DNA of 64,000 bases, taken from the NCBI GenBank assembly GCA_943372935.1, contig CALSAP010000015.1:1-64000 (forward strand), read 5' to 3'. The position numbers were made by a program, and so were the translations under genes. Positions within the stretch are counted from its first letter, which is position 1, and each line of letters opens with the position of its first letter. The notes beneath the pieces are model-generated. The model searched no databases, was not told where the DNA came from, and worked only from the letters and a program-made list of their open reading frames with translations. Shown one piece after another: positions 25,048 through 34,745 of this stretch. This DNA is from Synechococcus sp. UW140. GTDB taxonomy: Bacteria; Cyanobacteriota; Cyanobacteriia; PCC-6307; Cyanobiaceae.

Positions 25048-26529
25048 TTGGCCCTGCTGCAGATCTGGATCAGCGCCCTGGCCGCCACGGTCGGGCTGCT
25101 GGTGCTGGCCCGTCTCTGCCGCCACAGGGCCCTTCCGGCTGTGCCACTGAGGCTGCCGCTGCTGGCCATCGCCGCCTGGGCGCTGCTGAGTTCCCTTCCG
25201 CTGCAGGGGTTGCCGCCAGCCTACCGGGTGTGGGTGCTGCTCACCGACGACCTGCTGCTCACCTACGCCGCCATCCTCATCGCCCTCTGGGTCACGCTGC
25301 AGGTGCCCGCCCACCTGGGGCTGTGGCGCCCGCCGCCCCAGCTGTTGATGCAGCTGCTCACCCTCGGCAGCGCCGCCCTGGCCACGGTGGTGCTGGTGCG
25401 GCAGTCGGCGCGGCTGGATCTGGTGGGGCTGGTGACCACCTCTGCCGTGCTCACCGCCGTGATCGGCCTGGCCGCCCAGGAGTCCCTCAAGGACCTGTTC
25501 GCGGGCCTGGAGCTGCAGCTGGGGGACGACTTCACCGAGGGGGACTTCCTGGAGCTGGACCAGGGGGTGCGCGGGGTGGTGGTGCGGGTGAGCTGGCGGG
25601 ACACCATGCTCCGCAACATGGACGGCCAGCTGATGGTGGTCCCCAACAGCCTCGTCACCGCGCGGGTGTTGCGCAACCTGGGCCGCTCCGGGGCCGTCAG
25701 CAACCGGTTCAGCGTCGGCCTCGACTACGACCTGCCGCCCGCCCAGGCCAGGGCCCTGCTGGAGAAGGTGGTGCTGCAGCATCCCGGGGTGTTGCGGGAA
25801 CCGAGCCCCCGCATCCGGGTCCAGGAGTTCCAGGACAGTGCCATCGCCTACGAGCTGCAGGTGTGGCAGCGGGAGCTGGGGGATGGGGCCATCGGCGACC
25901 TGCGCAGCGACCTGCTTGAGCAGATCTGGTACGCCCTGGCCCGCGAAGGCCAGAGCATCCCCTACCCGGTGCGGGAGCTGCTGCCGCGCCGCTCCCGGGA
26001 CCGGCCCCAGCTCCCGGCAAGGCCCTCCCCCCAGCTGTGCTGCCAGACCCTGGCCAGCGTGGGCATCTTCACCGACCTGAGCGGCGAGCAGCTGGAGACC
26101 CTGGTGGAAGGCAGCCATCAGGTGGCCTACGGGCCCGGCGAGGCGGTGGTGCAGGAGGGGGCCGAGGGGCACTCGATGTTCCACGTGCTGCGGGGGACCG
26201 TGGAGATCCTCAAGGAGATCGAGCCAGGCCACACCGTGGCCGTGCGCGAGCTGGGGCCCGGCGAGGTCTTCGGCGAGATGACCCTCTTTCTCGATGCCCC
26301 CCGCAGCGCCACGGTGCGGGCCACCGAGGAGTGCCTGCTGCTGCAGGTGGACCGGGACAGCATCAAGGGCCTGCTGGAGGAGAATCCGGACCTGCTGGAG
26401 CGCTTCGCCGCCATGGTGCAGGAGCGGCAGGCGGAGCTGCAAAGTCTGGATCGCGAACAGCACACGGAGCGGTCCAATGCACTGCTGGTCACGATGAAAC
26501 GGCTCTTCTTCGCCTTCACGGGCACCTGA
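25048..26529 (+). CDS. MscS-family mechanosensitive channel with a C-terminal cyclic-nucleotide-binding domain
   Basis: Three or more N-terminal TM helices. MscS signature region (ESLKDLFAGLELQLGDDFTEGDFLELD...GVVVRVSWRDTMLRNMDGQLMVVPNSLV). C-terminal cNMP-binding fold (GEVFGEMTLFLDAPRSATVRATEECLLL). Confidence 0.85.
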   Translation: MALLQIWISALAATVGLLVLARLCRHRALPAVPLRLPLLAIAAWALLSSLPLQGLPPAYRVWVLLTDDLLLTYAAILIALWVTLQVPAHLGLWRPPPQLLMQLLTLGSAALATVVLVRQSARLDLVGLVTTSAVLTAVIGLAAQESLKDLFAGLELQLGDDFTEGDFLELDQGVRGVVVRVSWRDTMLRNMDGQLMVVPNSLVTARVLRNLGRSGAVSNRFSVGLDYDLPPAQARALLEKVVLQHPGVLREPSPRIRVQEFQDSAIAYELQVWQRELGDGAIGDLRSDLLEQIWYALAREGQSIPYPVRELLPRRSRDRPQLPARPSPQLCCQTLASVGIFTDLSGEQLETLVEGSHQVAYGPGEAVVQEGAEGHSMFHVLRGTVEILKEIEPGHTVAVRELGPGEVFGEMTLFLDAPRSATVRATEECLLLQVDRDSIKGLLEENPDLLERFAAMVQERQAELQSLDREQHTERSNALLVTMKRLFFAFTGT

Positions 26530-28481
26530 TGGACAGCAGAACCCCTCGCGGATCCAATCGGGCGGCCTGGCTGGCACGGCTGGGGGACCTCCATCTGGGG
26601 GATGGCCTGCGCTCGCTCGTGCCCTACGCGGCGGCCGGACTGCTGTTGCTGACCCTGCAGCGCAGCCCCATCAACGAAACCCTCAACTTGCTCCTCTACG
26701 ACCTGATCACCAACTTGCGCCCAGCTCCGCTCGGTACGGACAAGCCGATCACGATCATCGGCATCGACGAATCCGACCTGGCCACCTATGGGTTCCCGAT
26801 CGACGACAAGGTGCTGTGCGCAGCCATCGACCGGCTGAACGCCGAGGGTGCCGTGGCGATCGGCCTCGACATCTACCGCGACCAGGGCGTCGGCCCCGAC
26901 CAGGCCTGTCTGCGGGAGCGCTTCCGCCGCAATCCCCGCCTCGTTTCGATCTTCAACGTGGCCGAAGCCACCGGCCCGGTGCCGGGCACGCCGGCCGATC
27001 GCCGCGGTTTCAACGATCTGGTGCTGGATGCCGATGGGGTGATCCGCCGGGATCTGGTGCATGTGGCCGGCCAGGACGAGGCCACCGTGTCGCTGCCCCT
27101 GCGCCTGCTGGAGGTGGGCAAGGGTCAGCGGAGCCTGCGGCAACGGCTCGAGAAGGGCACCGAACCAGGCCCATGGTTGGAGCCGGCTTCAGGGGGCTAC
27201 GACCAGGTGGATGCCGCCGGGATGCAGCAGATGCTGTCCTTCCACCAGCTCGGCAGCTTCCACCTCTGGAATCTCCAGGATGTCCTCGGCCGCCGGCCGA
27301 TCCCCAGGGACCAGATCCGTGGCCACATCGTGCTGATCGGCAGCACCGCCCCGACCCTGCGCGACCTTTTCCCCGTGCCCCAGACCCGCTCCGCCCTGGG
27401 GGCGAAGCAGTTGCTGGTGCCAGGCGTCGAGATCCATGCCCATCGCCTGGCCGCCTTGATGGATCGCTATGTGGCCGGCGACCCGCGACGCATGCGGACC
27501 CTGCCCGGCTGGGTGGAGCGCCTCGCCGAGGTGGTGGCCGTGGTGCTGGGGATCGTGCTGGGGGAAGCTTTCCGTCTGCTGCGCCGCAGCGTGATCGTGG
27601 TGGTGCTGGTGGCAGCGCTGATGGTGGGAGGCGCTGTGCTGCTGCTCTACAACTTCGTCTGGGTCGGGTTAAGCCTGCCGCTGACCGGACTGATCGCGAT
27701 GGCCGGTGCGGCCTGGGTGCGCCGGGGCGCCTCCAGCCAGAAACAACGCCAGCAGATCGAGCGGCTGCTCGGCCAGACCACCTCCCCGGCCGTCGCCCGC
27801 CAGCTCTGGAACCAACGCGATGGGCTGCTCAGCGACGGCCGCTTCGAAGGGCGTCAGTTGCCGGTCACCGTGCTGATGTCCGACACCTGCTCGTTCACGG
27901 GCGTGTCGGAACGCCTCACCCCCGGGGAGCTGCTCGACTGGCTGAACCGAGGCATGGCTCTGTTCGTGCCGGCGATCACGCGCCGGGGCGGCATGGTCAA
28001 CAAGTTCACCGGCGACGGGCTGCTGGCCGTCTTCGGCGCCCCCCTGAGCAGCGGCGAGCAGGCCGACGCCAAGGCCGCCATCGATGCCGCCCTGGCAATT
28101 CAGCGGGCCGTGGTGAGCCTCAACGAGGAACTGGAGCAGGAGGGGCTGCCAGCCATGGGCCTGCGCATCGGCGTCCACTCCGGCGCCGTTCTGGCGGGAT
28201 CGATGGGCAGCAGCGAACGGCTCGAATACGCCGTGATCGGCGATGCCGTGAACTGCGCCGCACGGCTGGAGAGCATCGACAAGGAGCGTCAGTCCAATCT
28301 CTGCCGGGTGCTGGTGTCCTCCAGCACGGTGGACCTGCTGCCCAAAGGTCTGCCGCTGGAGTGGCTCGACTGGGGCGCGTTGAGCGTCAAGGGGCGCACC
28401 GAACCCCTGCGCATCTGGGAGCTGCGGGGTGGCCTCAGGCGGGACAGCGCACGGGAATCCGCTCCGGCCACTGGGCCGTGA
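26529..28481 (+). CDS. CHASE2 sensor / class III nucleotidyl cyclase (third copy)
   Basis: Close paralog of 11497..13452 and of the same length (651 aa), with the core VLMSDTCSFTGVSE...NKFTGDGLLAVFGAP...IGVHSGAVLAGSMGS...IGDAVNCAARLE. The ATG at 26529-26531 overlaps the mscS-cNMP stop codon (TGATG). The ORF track's upstream extension to 26037 is rejected. Confidence 0.9.
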   Translation: MDSRTPRGSNRAAWLARLGDLHLGDGLRSLVPYAAAGLLLLTLQRSPINETLNLLLYDLITNLRPAPLGTDKPITIIGIDESDLATYGFPIDDKVLCAAIDRLNAEGAVAIGLDIYRDQGVGPDQACLRERFRRNPRLVSIFNVAEATGPVPGTPADRRGFNDLVLDADGVIRRDLVHVAGQDEATVSLPLRLLEVGKGQRSLRQRLEKGTEPGPWLEPASGGYDQVDAAGMQQMLSFHQLGSFHLWNLQDVLGRRPIPRDQIRGHIVLIGSTAPTLRDLFPVPQTRSALGAKQLLVPGVEIHAHRLAALMDRYVAGDPRRMRTLPGWVERLAEVVAVVLGIVLGEAFRLLRRSVIVVVLVAALMVGGAVLLLYNFVWVGLSLPLTGLIAMAGAAWVRRGASSQKQRQQIERLLGQTTSPAVARQLWNQRDGLLSDGRFEGRQLPVTVLMSDTCSFTGVSERLTPGELLDWLNRGMALFVPAITRRGGMVNKFTGDGLLAVFGAPLSSGEQADAKAAIDAALAIQRAVVSLNEELEQEGLPAMGLRIGVHSGAVLAGSMGSSERLEYAVIGDAVNCAARLESIDKERQSNLCRVLVSSSTVDLLPKGLPLEWLDWGALSVKGRTEPLRIWELRGGLRRDSARESAPATGP

Positions 28482-29121
28482 TCAGATCAGCCAGGCCGAA
28501 GGCGGCTCCCACTTCCTCGCGGGGCACGCTGGAGCCGCAGGACCGATGCAGCTTGGCCAGGGAGGCCTGCACGGCTGCGTCTTCCTTGGAGGTTTCCGTG
28601 ACCAGGAGGCTGAGGGCCGGCGGCGAGTCCGCAGCCACGAAGTTGAGCGGATCGGCCGGGGTGGAGGTGGCGGGCGCCCCGGGGCAGATGTAGCTCGACT
28701 CCCACATCGTCGGCACCTTCACTGGGGGCAGGGTCAGGAGGGTGATCCCCGGTGCGGAGGCTGGCAGCACCCGGCGTTGGCCCGAGGCGATCGAGCCATC
28801 CACCGTGCCGCGATCGCTCAATGGTCGGAAGGTGATCTCCAGGGGACTGGGGGCCGCGCTGGGGCCTTCGAGCACGCCCAGGAAACGGGCCTTGCCGGGG
28901 GCAAAGACGCTGCTGGAGGGCACCAGGTGAGCCAGAAGGCGACTGGCGCATTCACCCCGGGTTCCTCCACCCACCCGCCTGCCCGGGAAGCTTTTCCGCA
29001 GCTCACTCTGGGCCTGGGCCTGTGGCGGCTCGATCACCGCCAGGGGGGCCAGGGACAGGAGGGAAGCGGCCAGCAACGGGAGGGGGGACAGTCGCGAAGA
29101 GCCGGGGGGGCGGAAACGCAT
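28435..29121 (-). CDS. Small secreted DUF928-like paralog (copy 2)
   Basis: Signal peptide (MRFRPPGSSRLSPLPLLAASLLSLAPLAV), the conserved SFPGRRVGGGTRGECASRLLAHLVPSS motif, W.SSY.C, and the family ending ...PVRCPA. Its 3' end overlaps the convergent cyclase by about 47 nt. Confidence 0.6.
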   Translation of the reverse strand: MRFRPPGSSRLSPLPLLAASLLSLAPLAVIEPPQAQAQSELRKSFPGRRVGGGTRGECASRLLAHLVPSSSVFAPGKARFLGVLEGPSAAPSPLEITFRPLSDRGTVDGSIASGQRRVLPASAPGITLLTLPPVKVPTMWESSYICPGAPATSTPADPLNFVAADSPPALSLLVTETSKEDAAVQASLAKLHRSCGSSVPREEVGAAFGLADLITAQWPERIPVRCPA

Positions 29122-29156
29122 CGGAAGAGGCATGGGGGAACCGGCAACCTTTCTCT

Positions 29157-29516
29157 TCATTGGAACCAGAGTGGTGTGGAGGCCTGCCGAATCGCCAGCC
29201 AGGCCCAAACGAGCTTGCACATGATGTGAAGCGCTTGATCAAAGGACAGGGTCCATAGACGACGGCATTTGCCCACGTCGATCAACATATGCACCACCCA
29301 TTCTGCCACACCTAACTGGGGTGACTGGGTAACCATCCCCACCAGAAACCCATGAATAGCAGCGTGGGAGGTGAGCCACCATCCCCATCCGAGGGTGACT
29401 CCACAACCTGGGCATTTCTCTCGAGCCATTCGATCGCTCTGGAGCGCGAAATCCCCGACAAAATGGGCCATCGCCAGCATCAGAAAAATGTTAAAGACCG
29501 CTGGAAGATCAGGCAC
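29157..29516 (-). CDS. Small membrane protein, possibly DUF3307-like (H..DF..Q motif), in a low-GC patch
   Basis: 119 aa with hydrophobic segments and AHFVGDFALQSD. GC content is lower than the flanks. Lies between the DUF928-like gene and tpsA-2. Confidence 0.4.
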   Translation of the reverse strand: MPDLPAVFNIFLMLAMAHFVGDFALQSDRMAREKCPGCGVTLGWGWWLTSHAAIHGFLVGMVTQSPQLGVAEWVVHMLIDVGKCRRLWTLSFDQALHIMCKLVWAWLAIRQASTPLWFQ

Positions 29517-29600
29517 TGCAGAAAAAACTGGGTTGGGCTGTGACGCTTGTTGGGAAGGGCTAAGAATCTGGATCAGGAGGTAAAAGCTGTGGCAGATCGA

Positions 29601-32600
29601 TCACCAGGGAGTGCCGATCAGCTGAACCCCCGCCCAGAAGTAGGGATGGGTCATTCCTAAAGCGATACGGCGTTGCTGGGACGCTGTCAGTCCCGTGAGG
29701 AGGGGGACGCCATCTGACCCAATGACCTTATCCCCCTGAAGCCGCAACTTACCAGTGAACATGGCCTGTCGTGTGGCCCGGAGGGCCTCGGCTTTGTGCA
29801 TCCCCTGGTTGAGGTAGCGATACAGCTGGACAAAGAAGGCCGAGGTGGCGACATCGTCGACGTACCAAAGTGTGCCGATTGCGCTACGTGCGCCCGCCTG
29901 CAGAGCCAGACCAGCGAAGCCAAGCTCACTGTCGCTGTCGCCAAGAGCCGTGCGGCAGGCGCTCAGTGCGAACAATTCCAGGGGACTGTCACTGCGCTGT
30001 TGCCGCAATCCTGTGAACTCCGCAAGGCTGATGGCGCCCGTCCCTGTATAGATACGGGCCTGGGAAGGACCACCGGGCATGAAGTCTGCGTGGGTGGCCA
30101 CGTGCAGGCGCTCGTAGCTCCGGTCAGCAGCCCGTTTGAGGAGGGCCTCTGGCGTGAAGCTCCTGTTCAGGAACCGATCAACGCCGACACCTTCCGGAAT
30201 GCCGGCCAGTTCATCCGGCACCAGGGGCAGCGGACTGAGCCCCTCGAACTCCGAAGCCCCTAACGCCAGTACCCGCCCCCGGTTCAGACGGGGAGGGGCG
30301 AAGGATGTGAGGTTAAGCGAAGGGGTGATGGAGAAGGCAAATCGATCGCCGAGGTAGGTGCTGCCGTCATGCAGGGCCGCGAAAGGGAGACCCTGCAGCC
30401 CCCGGTCGGCGACGATCACCAGTGTGGTGATGCCCTTGGCCTTCAACTCCTGGGCCAACTGGGTGATGAGGACCTGGTGGATCTGCCTGGAAGGGGAATC
30501 GGGATTCTCCACCTGGAGGCTCTCGAGACGAGCCAGCTGCCGGTAGAGCGCTCGCAGCTGCTCCCCGAATCGCTGCCTGGAGAGCTCAACCCGTTTGCCG
30601 ACGGGTTCTCCCCGGCGGCTGATCAAAATGAGATCGAGGAACGAATTCGCCGCCTTCTGGTCCTGGCCAGCTGGGGCGGCCTGGCTAGTCCCCGCAGCGT
30701 CCTTCTTTTCGTTGAAGGAAATCATCAGAACCGCCGGATTGAAGCGTTCGTCGTCCCTCCCATCTGCCTGGGAAGCCTTTTGCAGCCGTTGCTGTAATTC
30801 CTCCAGGCTAAGGGTTCCGCCTGAGCCCGCCTCCGTACCCACATCCCCCAGGGTGTTTCGCACATCCTCCGTACGCTGCCGATCTCCTTCCGAGAGGGCC
30901 GCGGCCACTTGCTCCGGGGATAGGGATGTGGTGGTGAAGGTGAGGGGGCCAGGAGCCACCAGGGACTCGTCCGCCAGGCGGAAATCTGCCTCCGCGAGGT
31001 TCACCGCCAGGGCATCGGAACCAACCTCTCGGCGGCTGGCACTGAGGGACCAACCGGCAGGAGTCGTCTGGGCCGAAGGAAAGATCAGAAATCCGAGTTC
31101 GGGCACAAATCGCGACTGAGTTGCTGGCGTCGTGGTGGGGGTCGGCGCAGGCGTCGGAGTGGGCGTGGGCGTCGGCGCAGGCGTGGGGGTGGGGGTCGGC
31201 GTCGGTGTCGGAGTCGGCGCAGGCGTCGGCGTTGGGGTCGGTGTCGGTGTCGGCGTGGGCGTCGGAGTTGGGGTCGGCGTTGGCGTCGGCGCAGGCGTGG
31301 GCGTGGGCGTCGGAGTGGGGGTAGGTGTCGGCGCAGGCGTCGGGGTCGGCGCAGGCGTCGGTGTCGGCGCAGGCGTCGGCGTTGGGGTCGGTGTCGGCGT
31401 GGGCGTCGGAGTTGGGGTCGGTGTCGGCGCAGGCGTGGGCGTGGGCGTCGGAGTGGGGGTCGGCGTCGGCGCAGGGGTCGGCGTCGGCGCAGGCGTCGGT
31501 GTCGGCGCAGGCGTCGGCGTGGGCGTCGGACTGGGCGTCGGCGTCGGAGTGGGTGTCGGCGCAGGCGTGGGGGTAGGCGTGGGCGTCGGCGTCGGGGTGG
31601 GCGTCGGAGTCGGCGCAGGCGTCGGGGTCGGTGTCGGGGTTGGTGTCGGGGTTGGCGTCGGCGCAGGCGTAGGTGTCGGCGCAGGCGTGGGGGTAGGCGT
31701 GGGCGTCGGCGTCGGCGTCGGCGCAGGCGCAGGCGTCGGAGTTGGGGTCGGCGACGGCGTAGGGGTCGGCGTGGGCGTTGGCGTCGGCGTGGGCGCAGGC
31801 GTGGGCGTCGGAGTCGGCGTCGGAGTGGGCGTCGGAGTGGGTGTCGGCGTCGGCGTCGGCGTAGGTGTCGGAGTCGGCGCAGGCGTCGGCGTCGGCGCAG
31901 GCGTGGGCGTCGGAGTGGGTGTCGGCGTCGGCGTAGGTGTCGGAGTCGGCGTCGGCGTTGGTGTCAGGGCCCCGCGCAAGGCGGCTGGGAACTGCGGATC
32001 TCCGGTGTTGACCACGCCCTCGAGCTGGAAATCAGGGGGCAGAGAGATCTCGCCGGGGGCAAAGTCGCCGCTGATGCTGGCGGCTCGGATCAGGTCGATG
32101 GGGGTGATGGCCGGCACAACCGGGGCTGACTCCACCAGCAGTCCCCCGCCGAGCTCCACATCACCGAAGACGGAGATCTGGTCGGCCGTGGAGAGGTCGA
32201 AACGGAGCTGGCTGTTGTTCCCCAGCAGGAAGCTTCCTGCCTTGATCTGGAGCGATCCGATGGGATCGATCAGCGCCGGCGCTGCGCCCAGGGACAGGGA
32301 ACGGAAAAAGACCAGGGACAGGCCATTGGTGAAGGTCCCCTGGCCGTCCTTCACTTCGATCAGACCGGAGCCCTCGATCGTCCCTTCGTTTTGAAGAACG
32401 TCGGCCTTCACCTTCAGGCTCGCAGAACCCGATCCCTGCAACACGATGGAAGAACCAGGGGAGAGAGCAGCACTCTGCATCTCAAGAGTGGCATCGGGAG
32501 CAATGAGGATGGATCCGGAATTCGATACCGCTGACAGCTGATTGAGACCAGAAAGCTGAAGCTGCCCCCCAGATTGAACGGTCAGGCTGGGACCACTGAT

Positions 32601-34646
32601 GGTCGCTTGCTTGAGCTCAAGAGTGGCTCCACCAGAAACCTTGATCAACGTGTTTTGCCCTGCCGCGCCATCCCCGAACACACTCCCCTCAATGCTGCTC
32701 ACCTGGGCCGAAGGGCCGATGGTCAGCTGCCCATTCATGTAGGCCGTGACGTTGCGACCAGCCCCCTGAAAGTACCGTCTGGAAACATCCAGAACGGCGG
32801 GTCTGGCGTCACCCGGCTGCGACAGCTGGACCGCGCCCAGGCTGGTTGGACTCCAGGCGAACTCTCCTGTGCGAACGGTTCCCGAAAGAAGCTTGAAGGG
32901 GTCGACGGCACCCGTCAGTTCGATGTTTCCGTCGATCTTGGCCGAACCCTGCAAGACACGCAGCGTTCCGGCATTGAGATCAACCGCACCTTTTTGCCAG
33001 CCAATGGATTGCACCAGCTGGGAAGGGTCTGCAAGCTTGCCGTACCAGAGCGTGACATCCAGGGTCCCCACTCTGGCGCTGTTCGAGAACGCAACGGGAT
33101 CAGCACCGGGAACATCGATGAAAATCCTGGCGTCTGCCCGCAACTCCAGACTGGAGTCCGTGCCTGCCCGCTTTCGGATCGGAGCCAGAACGGAGATGTT
33201 CCCCTGCTGGGTGGCCGCCGCATCGGTCGTATCCACGATCACCGACTGACCGAGGTTGAGGGCCGTGTTGATGAGCGTTACATCGATGCGTGACGGGGAG
33301 CCCAGCGCCCCTCCTGGTGTACCGGCTGGGGGAGGTCCGCCCCCAAGCCCGGCGGCGACAATCTCGATGTCGCGGGGATCGATCAGCCAGGTGCCCCCTC
33401 GCCCCTTGGGGGCGGACAGATTCGGCACCGTGGAGAGCCACAGCCAGTTCGCCGAGGTTTCGACGAACCCACCATCGCCACTCAGGGGACCGCCCTGGGC
33501 GCTGATGACGCCATGCACCTCGGTCCGTTCCTTGCCGAGAACCAGGATGCGGCCCCCATGGCCAGCACCGGTGGCATCAGCACGCAGAGTAGAGGCTGCG
33601 TCCACCGTGGTGCGCAAGGCGGTCACGGCACCGAGGCGATCATCACCAACCTGCATGTCCCCACCCGCCGTCCGTCCCGTCGCCAGAAGGCTGGATCCGA
33701 CCAGTGAAACCTGCTGTCCAGAGAGGCTGATGCTTCCGCCGGAGCCGGCCGGATTGGACACATCCACCGTGCTGTTCTGAAGCGTCACCTGCTGGCCCTG
33801 CAGGGCGACCTGGCCGCCGGGAGCCTCAAGCCGGGATCCCCCCAACAACACGTGGCCTCCCTGGGCATCCAGCAGCAGACCGCCATCCACGGTGAGCAAG
33901 CCGCCATCCAGGGACAGATCCCCCTGGGCGGAGAGGCCAAGCTGGCTCAGGGTGGACGGATCGGTGCTGAGACCGGACAGTCCAAGGACCGGCGCCCCGA
34001 CCAAGGAGGTGGCGGCAGCCGCCGTGGTGCTCAGCACATCAAAGCGCCCCTCTCCCAGCCGCAAGCCGGTGGCGGTCGTCAGATTCAGTTGCTGAACATT
34101 CTTGAAGCTGCCGGCACCACTCAGCCGGATGCCCCCAGGGGAAAGCCAGACAAGGTTGGCCCGCCCGCTCAGGGTGATGGCCTTGTCGATGAAGCTGCCC
34201 AGCGGGTGGGTAACGCCCACCATGACGTTGCGGTGGGCCCCCACATCCAGGGTGACACCGGTGATGCCGCCCCGGGTATCGAAGGCGGAGAAGCGGTGAA
34301 AGAGGTTGGCCCCGGCGGAGGTGCCCCCGCCGATCGCACAGACACCACTGAAGCAACTGCCACCGGATTGGCCATTCACCACACTGCCGAGTCCCAGCGC
34401 GCCGCCGGTGGCGGTGATCTCGCCAGCGGCGACGGGAGAGGATGCCACGCCCAGCAGAACGATGACCCGAAGAGAGGCGAGCCAACACGTGGATTTCCAC
34501 ACCTGCGCCGAACCCGAACGAGCCATCTGCGCCAACCCAACAAGAGTTTGGTAGCTGTTGCTACTCAAAGCCCAGCCCATGTCGCTAACTGGCGGGTAAG
34601 TTCTCTTGGCTCCGGTGACAGAGGCATTTCCTTGGTCATCATTCAC
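29601..34646 (-). CDS. Giant TpsA-type exoprotein with TPS domain, a roughly 280-residue Pro-Thr(/Ala) linker and a C-terminal CHAT domain
   Basis: TPS motifs [21 protein letters not shown] and [14 protein letters not shown] long (TP)n/(AP)n tract. CHAT His/Cys (LHVATHADF; [14 protein letters not shown]) with [20 protein letters not shown]. The start codon is uncertain (GTG at the listed start; in-frame ATGs lie downstream). Confidence 0.9.
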   Translation of the reverse strand: MNDDQGNASVTGAKRTYPPVSDMGWALSSNSYQTLVGLAQMARSGSAQVWKSTCWLASLRVIVLLGVASSPVAAGEITATGGALGLGSVVNGQSGGSCFSGVCAIGGGTSAGANLFHRFSAFDTRGGITGVTLDVGAHRNVMVGVTHPLGSFIDKAITLSGRANLVWLSPGGIRLSGAGSFKNVQQLNLTTATGLRLGEGRFDVLSTTAAAATSLVGAPVLGLSGLSTDPSTLSQLGLSAQGDLSLDGGLLTVDGGLLLDAQGGHVLLGGSRLEAPGGQVALQGQQVTLQNSTVDVSNPAGSGGSISLSGQQVSLVGSSLLATGRTAGGDMQVGDDRLGAVTALRTTVDAASTLRADATGAGHGGRILVLGKERTEVHGVISAQGGPLSGDGGFVETSANWLWLSTVPNLSAPKGRGGTWLIDPRDIEIVAAGLGGGPPPAGTPGGALGSPSRIDVTLINTALNLGQSVIVDTTDAAATQQGNISVLAPIRKRAGTDSSLELRADARIFIDVPGADPVAFSNSARVGTLDVTLWYGKLADPSQLVQSIGWQKGAVDLNAGTLRVLQGSAKIDGNIELTGAVDPFKLLSGTVRTGEFAWSPTSLGAVQLSQPGDARPAVLDVSRRYFQGAGRNVTAYMNGQLTIGPSAQVSSIEGSVFGDGAAGQNTLIKVSGGATLELKQATISGPSLTVQSGGQLQLSGLNQLSAVSNSGSILIAPDATLEMQSAALSPGSSIVLQGSGSASLKVKADVLQNEGTIEGSGLIEVKDGQGTFTNGLSLVFFRSLSLGAAPALIDPIGSLQIKAGSFLLGNNSQLRFDLSTADQISVFGDVELGGGLLVESAPVVPAITPIDLIRAASISGDFAPGEISLPPDFQLEGVVNTGDPQFPAALRGALTPTPTPTPTPTPTPTPTPTPTPAPTPTPAPTPTPTPTPTPTPTPTPTPTPTPTPTPAPTPTPTPTPTPTPSPTPTPTPAPAPTPTPTPTPTPTPAPTPTPAPTPTPTPTPTPTPTPAPTPTPTPTPTPTPTPTPAPTPTPTPTPSPTPTPTPAPTPTPAPTPTPAPTPTPTPTPTPTPAPTPTPTPTPTPTPTPTPTPAPTPTPAPTPTPAPTPTPTPTPTPTPAPTPTPTPTPTPTPTPTPTPTPTPAPTPTPTPTPTPTPAPTPTPTPTPAPTPTTTPATQSRFVPELGFLIFPSAQTTPAGWSLSASRREVGSDALAVNLAEADFRLADESLVAPGPLTFTTTSLSPEQVAAALSEGDRQRTEDVRNTLGDVGTEAGSGGTLSLEELQQRLQKASQADGRDDERFNPAVLMISFNEKKDAAGTSQAAPAGQDQKAANSFLDLILISRRGEPVGKRVELSRQRFGEQLRALYRQLARLESLQVENPDSPSRQIHQVLITQLAQELKAKGITTLVIVADRGLQGLPFAALHDGSTYLGDRFAFSITPSLNLTSFAPPRLNRGRVLALGASEFEGLSPLPLVPDELAGIPEGVGVDRFLNRSFTPEALLKRAADRSYERLHVATHADFMPGGPSQARIYTGTGAISLAEFTGLRQQRSDSPLELFALSACRTALGDSDSELGFAGLALQAGARSAIGTLWYVDDVATSAFFVQLYRYLNQGMHKAEALRATRQAMFTGKLRLQGDKVIGSDGVPLLTGLTASQQRRIALGMTHPYFWAGVQLIGTPW
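31121..31975. repeat. Tandem hexanucleotide repeat (GGNGTN on the + strand), encoding the PTPTPT/APTPT linker of TpsA-2
   Basis: Near-perfect periodicity over about 850 bp. On the + strand it generates spurious GVGVGV... ORFs (31121..31324, 31132..32394, 31325..31576). Confidence 0.9.
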
Positions 34647-34745
34647 GGGTCATCATTCACGGGTCAGGGGCTAGTCCTCCTCAACCCGTCAATAACGACG
34701 CACGCTACCAGCCTTTCATTCTGAGCGAGAAATCCGCCTTTCCCG

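Noticed and set aside
26037-26528. Upstream extension of the third cyclase ORF to 26037 (814 aa)
   Set aside because: The extension overlaps the mscS-cNMP coding region in another frame. The paralogous cyclases are 651 aa and begin at the corresponding Met (MDSRTP...), giving a classic TGATG coupling.
31121-32394. (GV)n-type ORFs on the + strand (31121..31324, 31132..32394, 31325..31576)
   Set aside because: They are generated by the reverse complement of the Pro-Thr hexanucleotide array inside tpsA-2, not genes.
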